32,481 nucleotides of DNA. Source: Patescibacteria group bacterium (GTDB lineage: Bacteria > Patescibacteriota > Minisyncoccia > Phycocordibacterales > JBBUBG01). Made by a program: the position numbers and the translations under genes. Location of the stretch: positions 17,916-50,396 of the forward strand of contig JAZKIQ010000004.1 in the NCBI GenBank assembly GCA_040384765.1, given 5' to 3'. Numbering within the stretch: position 1 is the stretch's first letter; every line of letters begins with the position of its first letter. The notes beneath the pieces were generated by a model. It was given only the letters and a program-made list of their open reading frames with translations, did no database searches and was not told where the DNA came from. Positions 25,731-32,481 of the stretch are shown one piece after another.

Positions 25731-27140
25731 TTATCCCTTGCCGCCCTGGTTCGGGTGGCTCTTCTGCCAGCGCGCGGAGAGGACCTGCGAGAGGTCCTGC
25801 CACGTGCGGTCGTAATCGAGCCACGCCTTTCTGAATTCGATGTAGAAGGCGTTTTCGGGCGGGGCAATCTGTGCCTCGACCAGCACCTTCCGCTCGATCG
25901 TCTGGTTCTCGTTCGCGAGCTCGCTCCACTGTCGCATGGCGACCTGGTAGCTGCTCGACTCCTGAGTCACCTTCTCGTCCGCGAGGAGCTTCTTGAGCTC
26001 TTCCCGAGCGTTTTCGATCTTCCTAGTCTGGAGGCTGAGCAGGCTGTGCTGCCAGCTGCTCGTAGCGAGCTGCGGTGGTGGCGGCATCGGCGGAGTCATC
26101 ACCATCGGCGGCGGCATGGGCGGCGGTTCCGGCGTCACGATCATCAGGTTGCCCTGGGGGACCGTCACTTCCGGCTTCACCGCGTTACCCGAGGGGATCG
26201 CGACTGCGTTCTTCTCCTTGATCTTGCCGATCCCGAAGGAGAACGTGCTACCCACCTTGGCGGACGAAGAGAGGTTGTACCGGAGCGAGAGCGACTTCAC
26301 CATGCCGCGAGGCGTGGCGAACCGACTGCTGAACGGCACGTAGTACGTGGCGCCCGACTGCTTGTCCGGGTTGAGGACCTGCGAGCCCTCATTGTACGTG
26401 ACCGGTCCATCGCAGAGCCGGACGTTGGTGACGTCGGTAGCCCGGAGGCCGCCGTCGTAGGTGAACGTGATGTACATCCCCATGGTGACGATATCCGCAC
26501 CCGACGCGCTTGCATCGAAGAGGAAGTTCGCACCCACCTGGTCGATGCTGCCGGCGGCCGCACCCTGCCCTGGCGGGGCTTGTGACACCGAGAGCGCGAG
26601 CGACGAGATCCGGAGCTCCACCTGCCCGAGTTCGAGCAGGCCGCCGGCGAGCCGTGACACCTTGTTCGTGCTCACGAGCTTGCCCCAGCGAGGGAGGTTC
26701 GCGAAGACGGTCGTCCCCACGTTCTTCTCCGCCCGGAAGCGCGCTCGCAACAGGTGCGTGCACTTCCCGACCGGGAAGGTGACCGTGTCCGTGAACACCA
26801 GCCGCAAGTAGCGCTTGCCGTTCAGGATCTTCCGCACTCCATCGACGGGGCCGGCCAGGACCTTCCCCTGCTCGTCCACGATTGCGGCGTTGTCGATCTC
26901 GAAGTCGGCGCCTTCGAGCAGGAATTCGATCCTGCTCTCCTTGCGCGGCTCCTCGGTGACGTTAGTCTGGAACACTGCGAACAGCTGGTTCGGGGCCATC
27001 TCACCCACCGTGTAGGGCGGGCTCGGCATGGCCGAAACCGTCGTGTCCCCTTTGCTCTCGACGAGCGCTGCCTGTGCAGCCGCCCCTGCGCTGCTCGTAG
27101 CGAGCAGCGCAATCGCGGCAAACACCATTCCGATCCTCAT
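25731..27140 (-). CDS. Secreted beta-rich hypothetical protein with Pro-rich linker and C-terminal helical domain
   Basis: 469 aa, signal peptide, AAGGAGG RBS upstream, visibly GC-richer than its neighbours. Confidence 0.85.
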   Translation of the reverse strand: MRIGMVFAAIALLATSSAGAAAQAALVESKGDTTVSAMPSPPYTVGEMAPNQLFAVFQTNVTEEPRKESRIEFLLEGADFEIDNAAIVDEQGKVLAGPVDGVRKILNGKRYLRLVFTDTVTFPVGKCTHLLRARFRAEKNVGTTVFANLPRWGKLVSTNKVSRLAGGLLELGQVELRISSLALSVSQAPPGQGAAAGSIDQVGANFLFDASASGADIVTMGMYITFTYDGGLRATDVTNVRLCDGPVTYNEGSQVLNPDKQSGATYYVPFSSRFATPRGMVKSLSLRYNLSSSAKVGSTFSFGIGKIKEKNAVAIPSGNAVKPEVTVPQGNLMIVTPEPPPMPPPMVMTPPMPPPPQLATSSWQHSLLSLQTRKIENAREELKKLLADEKVTQESSSYQVAMRQWSELANENQTIERKVLVEAQIAPPENAFYIEFRKAWLDYDRTWQDLSQVLSARWQKSHPNQGGKG

Positions 27141-27189
27141 CTCGTTTCCTCCTTGTTTGTCGCCTGCGCATGCAAGCGGTCCGTTAGAG

Positions 27190-27218
27190 AAAGTACAGTA
27201 TATTACTCATCTTGTCAA
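27190..27218 (-). promoter_or_regulatory. Sigma70-type promoter for the 469-aa gene
   Basis: Minus strand TTGACA-17 nt-TACTTT with extended TG. Confidence 0.55.
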
Positions 27219-27278
27219 ATTTCTTCCTGTTGACCATATCGCTATTTGGCCTCAGTATGCGATATGGAGGTGGACAGT

Positions 27279-27566
27279 ATGCATCTGAAAGCGATCCGAG
27301 GCGGACTGTCTGTCTCGGAAAAGGATCTTCGCGTCGAAGAGGCTGACATGCTTGCGATGGCTTTCGACATCGTAAGTTTTATCCGCCATATGCGGGAAGA
27401 AGGGTCGGAACAAGAGCTCTATCGAGCCCTCGCCCTCAAAACCCTGCGGCGCTTCAACTATGGATCGCGCCGAGGCATCCCGCTCTACTTTGCGATGCGG
27501 GTTCGCCATGCCATGCTCGAGTACGAAACAGACCACGACCTGCGCAAAGCGCGGCGTGAGAAATAA
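27279..27566 (+). CDS. Small hypothetical protein (95 aa)
   Basis: ATG 27279 preceded by GGAGGTG RBS; followed by terminator hairpin AAGGGGTAGCAGA...TCTGCTGCCCCTT. Confidence 0.65.
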   Translation: MHLKAIRGGLSVSEKDLRVEEADMLAMAFDIVSFIRHMREEGSEQELYRALALKTLRRFNYGSRRGIPLYFAMRVRHAMLEYETDHDLRKARREK

Positions 27567-27687
27567 GGGGTAGCAGACACAATCGCTCTGCTGCCCCTTT
27601 CCCTTTTCTCCCCAAAATAGGCAAAGAAGAGCTCAAAATAGAAAAGCGGCACTCTGGCGAGTGCCGCTTTGTCTTCGCTTGCCTGCT

Positions 27688-28455
27688 TTATTGCCGGGCC
27701 ATTTTCCACAGTGTTTCAAAAAATTGCCGATAGCTGCCGGCTACAACGGTGCTCGTAATGGTAAATCGCGTTACCGGTTCGCCGTAGATGTTGAATCCAA
27801 GCGAATCAGGCCACACATTCGTGTTTACTGATCCGGTAAAGAGACCGGGCAGTAACTTTATCTCAAACTTTTCTCGTTTGCCGTGCGTTTTTGCGAGAGT
27901 TGCGCGCTGTCCCTCGCTGCCGATGTAGCGGATTGAGATACTCTTTTTGCGTCGCAGACTATCGTACGTATTGAGCCGCTCCCCCATTGTTTCATAAAAC
28001 TGGTCCCCGGTGCCGCCGATCACGAGGAGCTCGCTCCCTTCCTCTGCTTTTTCAAGAAGGTCGAATTCGTGAGCGATATACGACTCTTTCCCCTGGTATA
28101 CCTCAAACTGTTGTTCTTGAGGTAGCACCATCAGCTTTTCAAGTTTCCCTACCAATGAGTCGGCTAAAAGCTTCTGTTGGTCGATAAGTCGGGCTATCGC
28201 TGTCGGGCTTTTGGCCGAAAACTTCTTTCTCCCCCGTTTTATCACATGCTGCGTAAGTCCTCGTCCCTCGAGGCTCTCGAGTGCCTGGTATACATATTGC
28301 CCGTGGAGGCCCGTATCCGTGATGATTTTTGAGCTTCCGGACTCTCCGTGGCGTAGGAGCGAGAGGTACACCAGGGCCTCTTTTTCGCTCAAGCCGAGCT
28401 TCCGGAGGTCCTCCGTCAAAAGTAGTCCTTCTTTTTCATCAAGAATAAGTGACAT
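27688..28455 (-). CDS. TrmB family transcriptional regulator
   Basis: LRKLGLSEKEALVYLSLL...VYQALESLEGRGL winged HTH; FEVYQGKE linker; C-terminal YRQFFETLW. Confidence 0.88.
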   Translation of the reverse strand: MSLILDEKEGLLLTEDLRKLGLSEKEALVYLSLLRHGESGSSKIITDTGLHGQYVYQALESLEGRGLTQHVIKRGRKKFSAKSPTAIARLIDQQKLLADSLVGKLEKLMVLPQEQQFEVYQGKESYIAHEFDLLEKAEEGSELLVIGGTGDQFYETMGERLNTYDSLRRKKSISIRYIGSEGQRATLAKTHGKREKFEIKLLPGLFTGSVNTNVWPDSLGFNIYGEPVTRFTITSTVVAGSYRQFFETLWKMARQ

Positions 28456-28515
28456 ATGTATAAAATAGCCTTTATTATAAATACTATTATATCATATTTT
28501 TATCATCAAAATATA

Positions 28516-28544
28516 TTGACAAAGTAGTCCCGCCGTGCTATACT
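28516..28544 (+). promoter_or_regulatory. Sigma70-type promoter
   Basis: TTGACA-17 nt-TATACT with extended TG; AAAGGAG RBS before ATG 28603. Confidence 0.85.
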
Positions 28545-28602
28545 TATATCAGAAAGTTAGGTTAGCTCAGGTCGAGCGAAGCCCCTTGAAAAGGAGAATC
28601 CA

Positions 28603-29172
28603 ATGAAGATCCTCGTTATCGAAGATAATCCCCTGCACATCGCTGGCGCCAAGGCCCAGCTCAAGGGTCACGATCTTACGGTCGCTGACTCCCATGAAAA
28701 GGGTCGCGTACTTCTCAACAAGTACCACGGCTTCTGCCCCACTTACGAGCAGATCGACTTTGACGTCGTCCTTGTCGATCTGATGATGCCGCCGAGTGAA
28801 GCTGGCCTTGAACGTAATCTGGGTTTTACGGAGAGCGAGATGCCGATGGGTATCTTCCTCGCCCTCATGGCAGCGACGAGAGGCGCGAAGTATGTGGCGG
28901 TGGTTACTGACATGAACCACCACAAGCATCCTGCCTCCGCCGCCCTCGACATGTTCAACAGACCGTTCTCTGTGAACGGGGCAACTGTTCGCCTTGAGAA
29001 CTACAATGTTCTTGGGCGGTTCCACATGAACGATCTCTCGAAGCGAGCCTCGCATGAAGAAGAGCGAGCCGACTGCATGAGAGAAGAAGACCAGAGCCAG
29101 CTTGTGCTCGTCAAGAAATGGGCTCGTATCCTCGAATCCCTGCTTGATCCGACGAGCAAAGATTGCGAGTGA
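28603..29172 (+). CDS. Atypical stand-alone receiver (CheY-like) domain protein
   Basis: MKILVIEDN, FDVVLVDLMMP (phosphoacceptor Asp), VAVVT; has insertions and no evident canonical Lys-Pro. Confidence 0.75.
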   Translation: MKILVIEDNPLHIAGAKAQLKGHDLTVADSHEKGRVLLNKYHGFCPTYEQIDFDVVLVDLMMPPSEAGLERNLGFTESEMPMGIFLALMAATRGAKYVAVVTDMNHHKHPASAALDMFNRPFSVNGATVRLENYNVLGRFHMNDLSKRASHEEERADCMREEDQSQLVLVKKWARILESLLDPTSKDCE

Positions 29173-29276
29173 TACAACATTAGCGATCGAAAGGAGGCAG
29201 AAATGCCCGAAGGTTAAGATTCTCTGTCCAGAGGGTTGCAGCGCTCAACACTAAGATAGCGCCAATCCCCTGAAGC

Positions 29277-29309
29277 AAGCCCTGACATTACGTGTCGGGG
29301 CTTTTATTT
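29277..29309 (+). terminator. Intrinsic terminator
   Basis: AAGCCCTGACA-TTACG-TGTCGGGGCTT followed by TTATTT. Confidence 0.7.
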
Positions 29310-29414
29310 ACTTTATCAACCTAAGCAAGCTACGTATCCGTATTTGAAAACATCTGCCGCTTCTATAATTTTTTATAGGGCGAAGCCGTTTTCAGATACG
29401 GATTCTAGCGAAGC

Positions 29415-30881
29415 CTACTTCACCCAATGCTTCTTCCGAATCGCTTCGAGCTCTTTTTGTTCGGCGGCCTCTTTGGTGGCCTTTCCTGCTTCGCCGAGCG
29501 ATTTAAGCTCGTCATCTGAAAGCTTCGCCATCTCCCCTGCCCGCTTTTCAAGATACTCCTCGGTGTTAAGTGTGGGGTCTTCGAGCACCTCTTCGAGGAG
29601 CGCATGGAGAATAAACCCAATTTTAGGGCTTGGAGGGAGTTTTGTAGTTTCAATAATGCGTCCCCCATTGATCTTGAGCATCGCCACCGATACTGGCGCT
29701 CGCATCGCTTCGTCGATCATCGACTCATATTTGCGCAGGCGGTACGGCTTTTCCTTGGGGCGGCCCATCCCTATTCTGTCGCAGGCGCGCACTTTCATGA
29801 GGTCCCATACGAGCTCAGGGCCCACATTGCGCACGATGCGGCGCACTGCGGAGAGGGTGATCTTGTCGATATCAGAGAAAAAGAGGTGGTAGCGCACGAG
29901 CTTCGCCACATCTTCGATCATCTGCTTCGGATAGCGCAGGCGGGCCATCAGCTTGGCTGTGATCTTGGCCCCCACCACATCGTGGCCGTAGAAGGTCCAG
30001 TCTTTCTTCTCTTCGCTCCATACACGCGTCGCAGGCTTGCCGATATCGTGAAAGAGGGCCGCAAGGCGCACATGGAGTGGCCAGTTGTTGTTCCCTGCAT
30101 GGTCGAGGGCGCGAAGGTTGTGTTCCCATACGTGGTAGATATGGTCGCCGTTCTGCTCGATGCCAAGCCCCTCCTCTACCTCAGGTGCTACGTACTTGAG
30201 TACGCCGAGGCCATGCATGAGCACAATCCCCTTCATTGGGTTTGGCGACATGATCATCTTGTCGAACTCGTCGCGAATGCGCTCAGGAGAGATCTTGGCG
30301 AGAAGCGGTGCATTTTCAACGATCGCTTTTTCAAGATCGCTATCGATACTGAAGTCGAGTGTTAAAGATAGCCTGAGAGCTCGTAAAATCCTCAAGGCGT
30401 CCTCTTCGATGCGTTCATGGGGATTTCCTACGGCTCTGATGATTTTGTCCTTTATATCGCGTTGTCCGTTATAAAGGTCAACAAGGACAGCTTGCTCAGG
30501 GCTATAGGCCAATGCGTTGATAGTAAAATCGCGACGCTTAAGATCGTCTTCGAGCTTTGCGCTAAAGGTCACCTCATCTGGGTGGCGGGCATCGGAGTAC
30601 TTCCCTTCCAGGCGGTATGGGGTCACCTCTACGATATCTTTGTTTCGATCCCCTGTTTCATGTATAACAACGCCGACTGTACCGTATGCATTTTCGTAGA
30701 ATGTATGCTCGAAAGCCGCCTGGATCTGCTCAGGCATTGCATTTGTGGTCACGTCCCAATCCTTAGGCTCCTTTCCCGCCACGAGGTCACGTACGCATCC
30801 ACCCACTAGGTACGCCTCAAAACCCTTTTTTGTAAGGGTTTCTGTTACATGTGCAACATCTTCGGGGATATGCAGGTTCAT
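29415..30881 (-). CDS. cca: CCA-adding tRNA nucleotidyltransferase with HD domain
   Basis: YLVGGCVRD, KDWDVTT, DLKRRDFTINA, EDALRILR, SPERIRDE, LFHDIGKP. Confidence 0.92.
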   Translation of the reverse strand: MNLHIPEDVAHVTETLTKKGFEAYLVGGCVRDLVAGKEPKDWDVTTNAMPEQIQAAFEHTFYENAYGTVGVVIHETGDRNKDIVEVTPYRLEGKYSDARHPDEVTFSAKLEDDLKRRDFTINALAYSPEQAVLVDLYNGQRDIKDKIIRAVGNPHERIEEDALRILRALRLSLTLDFSIDSDLEKAIVENAPLLAKISPERIRDEFDKMIMSPNPMKGIVLMHGLGVLKYVAPEVEEGLGIEQNGDHIYHVWEHNLRALDHAGNNNWPLHVRLAALFHDIGKPATRVWSEEKKDWTFYGHDVVGAKITAKLMARLRYPKQMIEDVAKLVRYHLFFSDIDKITLSAVRRIVRNVGPELVWDLMKVRACDRIGMGRPKEKPYRLRKYESMIDEAMRAPVSVAMLKINGGRIIETTKLPPSPKIGFILHALLEEVLEDPTLNTEEYLEKRAGEMAKLSDDELKSLGEAGKATKEAAEQKELEAIRKKHWVK

Positions 30882-30957
30882 CGTAGTTCTGGTTACATAT
30901 GTAACATGTAAAGATAAGTTTCACGTGAAACATACCTGTTTAGTTACATATGGAACT
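30843..30957. promoter_or_regulatory. Cluster of four parS-like palindromes
   Basis: AGTTTCACGTGAAACA (30917-30932, 15/16 to TGTTTCACGTGAAACA), TGTTACATGTGCAACA (30843-30858), GGTTACATATGTAACA (30891-30906), AGTTACATATGGAACT (30942-30957). Confidence 0.8.
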
Positions 30958-30967
30958 AAAGTATAGG

Positions 30968-31049
30968 TGGGCACGGGGAGAGTCGAACTCCCACCTCTTG
31001 CGAGATACGCTTCTGAGACGTACGCGTATACCAGTTCCGCCACGTGCCC
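30968..31049 (-). tRNA. tRNA-Leu(CAG)
   Basis: GGGCACG acceptor stem, anticodon arm TACGT-CTCAGAA-GCGTA, long variable arm, GTTCGACTC T-loop; CCA not fully encoded. Confidence 0.95.
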
Positions 31050-31099
31050 TAGCTATCCATTCAATCCTCCATATAGGTGCTTAAGTACCTATATATGCA

Positions 31100-31220
31100 A
31101 TGCACTCGGAGGGATTCGGTCACAGCTCGGTTTCTGGTGAAACCGGCCGCGACCCCGCCTCGCGCCATCGCGCTCCGGCTTTCGAACCCTCCTCGAGGCG
31201 CTTAAGGGCGCCTTTCTTGA
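31100..31220 (-). mobile_element. tRNA-Arg-associated structured insert (family B) with duplicated tRNA 3' end
   Basis: 19-bp direct repeat ATGCACTCGGAGGGATTCG at 31100-31118 and 31220-31238; core GTCACAGCTC...GGCCGCGACCCCGCCTC. Mobility is inferred. Confidence 0.7.
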
Positions 31221-31292
31221 TGCACTCGGAGGGATTCGAACCCCCAATAACAGGTTCGAAGCCTGTCGTGATATCCATTTCACTACGAGTGC
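31221..31292 (-). tRNA. tRNA-Arg(TCG)
   Basis: GCACTCG acceptor stem, ACAGG-CTTCGAA-CCTGT anticodon arm, GGTTCGAATCC T-arm. Confidence 0.95.
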
Positions 31293-31360
31293 CCAAATTT
31301 GAGTATAGCAGGGGAGTCCCCGTTTGTCTTATTTTTTTGAAACGGTATACTGTCTCCATT

Positions 31361-31434
31361 GCGGCTATGGTTTAATGGTAGAACAGGTCCTTGCCAAGGA
31401 TCAGATTCGGGTTCGATTCCCGGTAGCCGCACCA
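31361..31434 (+). tRNA. tRNA-Gly(GCC)
   Basis: GCGGCTA acceptor stem, GGTCC-TTGCCAA-GGATC anticodon arm, GGTTCGATTCC T-arm, encoded CCA. Confidence 0.96.
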
Positions 31435-31437
31435 AAA

Positions 31438-31572
31438 TATGGGAATCTCCAGGGTTCGAGTCACAGATAATTTTCTCCTGAAAATTTCTTCGACCCCGCC
31501 TCAGTCGCCTTCGCTCCTTCCGGGCTTGATTGCTGCCTGATGTCGCAATCAAGCCCGGTAGCCGCACCAAAA
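31438..31572 (+). mobile_element. tRNA-Gly-associated structured insert (family B) with duplicated tRNA 3' end
   Basis: 19-bp direct repeat CCCGGTAGCCGCACCAAAA at 31419-31437 and 31554-31572; core GTCACAG...CGACCCCGCCTC. Mobility is inferred. Confidence 0.7.
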
Positions 31573-31652
31573 ACGAGGGTAGAATAGGTAAAAAATTTGG
31601 ACAGGTTATGCAAAAGACGGCATCAAAGAAAGTAAGGTTGACTGTTAACACC

Positions 31653-31682
31653 TGTGGATAAGTTGGGGGATAGAGTGGATAA
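31653..31682. promoter_or_regulatory. Tandem DnaA-box-like sites
   Basis: TGTGGATAA (perfect, 31653-31661), GGGGGATAG, AGTGGATAA (31674-31682). Confidence 0.5.
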
Positions 31683-31762
31683 AGGACGTCCGAAACGAGC
31701 CTGAGCGGAGAGGTAAAAAGAGGCATTTTCCCGAGATACCCTTATTTTACAACGATTGAGAA

Positions 31763-32170
31763 ATGGACAAGCCCGATCACCTTCGTATCGGCCAGATGGG
31801 AGAAGAGCTCGTTTGTCTTTATCTGAGAAGAAGGGGATATCGCATTATTGAGCGAAACTATTTGAGAAAATGGGGAGAGATAGATATCGTGGCAGAGAAG
31901 GAGGGGACTGTTCATTTTGTTGAGGTAAAATCGGTCTCCCGAGAAACCCTTCCAACAGAGGAGATGCTTAGAAGGGGTGAGGGAGGATACAATCCTGCAG
32001 AAAATATGCACCGCTCGAAGCTCGAAAGACAGCGCCGTGTCATAGAGACATACCTTTTAGATCGATTTCGGGACCAAGAGCCATCCTGGCAGGTCGATCT
32101 TGCTTCCGTGTATTTGAGCTTGTCCTTAAGGAAAGCAAAGGTGGATCTCCTCGAAGATATTGACCTATAA
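31763..32170 (+). CDS. yraN: YraN/UPF0102 family PD-(D/E)xK nuclease-like protein
   Basis: GQMGEELVCLYLRRRGYRIIERNY, GEIDIVA, FVEVKS. Confidence 0.93.
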   Translation: MDKPDHLRIGQMGEELVCLYLRRRGYRIIERNYLRKWGEIDIVAEKEGTVHFVEVKSVSRETLPTEEMLRRGEGGYNPAENMHRSKLERQRRVIETYLLDRFRDQEPSWQVDLASVYLSLSLRKAKVDLLEDIDL

Positions 32171-32220
32171 GGTTTCCATAGAGCTTTTTGCGTGCTAAGA
32201 TGTACGGGTTGCTAGAAATA

Positions 32221-32293
32221 CGGGGCATAGTGTAACGGCTAACATTCTCGCTTTGGGAGCGAGCGACTCTGGGTTCGAATCCCAGTGCCCCGA
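32221..32293 (+). tRNA. tRNA-Pro(TGG)
   Basis: CGGGGCA acceptor stem, CTCGC-TTTGGGA-GCGAG anticodon arm, CTGGG-TTCGAAT-CCCAG T-arm. Confidence 0.95.
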
Positions 32294-32296
32294 CTA

Positions 32297-32469
32297 AGTT
32301 GAGTGTAACGAAACGAAGGAGGGGCAAAGGAGCGCCCTGCGGCGCTCCTGCCTGGGATTCGAAGACCGCAGCGATGTTTTGCGAGCACGCAAAACCGCGA
32401 GGGGTGGCCGGCGAGTTTCCTGAGCGACGGCGAAGGAAAACTTGTCGGAGAATCCCAGTGCCCTGGCTA
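32297..32469 (+). mobile_element. tRNA-Pro-associated structured insert (diverged family B) with duplicated tRNA 3' end
   Basis: GAATCCCAGTGCCCTGGCTA (32450-32469) repeats GAATCCCAGTGCCCCGACTA (32277-32296), 18/20; GGGATTCGAAGACCGCAGCG...CGCGAGGGGTGG resembles the Arg insert GGGTTCGAAAGCCGGAGCG...CGCGAGGCGGGG. Confidence 0.6.
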
Positions 32470-32481
32470 GATTTTGAATAG

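Noticed and set aside
30900-30967. Family B insert after tRNA-Leu
   Set aside because: No duplicated 3' end or core motif; the trailer holds the parS cluster instead.
31573-31762. oriC
   Set aside because: Only two or three DnaA-box-like sites, no clear AT-rich unwinding element and no adjacent dnaA/dnaN; insufficient support.

Overview
Chromosomal segment whose gene content and compactness fit a Patescibacteria (CPR, Parcubacteria-like) bacterium using the standard genetic code (inference, no search run). It carries a four-gene membrane/secreted-protein operon with a VirB6/TrbL-like protein, rsmA, pcrA/uvrD, a 1009-aa coiled-coil orphan, a LysM/M23 peptidase, an FAD oxidoreductase, an M16 peptidase, comM/yifB, a DksA/TraR-like protein, rpsO-NYN-pnp (PNPase lacking KH/S1), a Xer-type recombinase, a TrmB-like regulator, a CCA-adding enzyme, yraN, four tRNAs and a parS cluster. 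The most unusual signal is non-coding. (1) A ~690-nt intergenic locus (20253-20937) folds into many nested helices whose G-U pairs favour the + strand, antisense to both neighbours; it is a candidate large ncRNA. (2) Three of four tRNA genes are followed by a structured 100-155 bp insert closed by a duplicate of the tRNA 3' end, and a fourth copy of this element forms the 3' domain of the candidate ncRNA. (3) A second 124-bp covarying hairpin family and other GTAGG-ended inverted-repeat elements sit between genes. No transposase or CRISPR array was seen.
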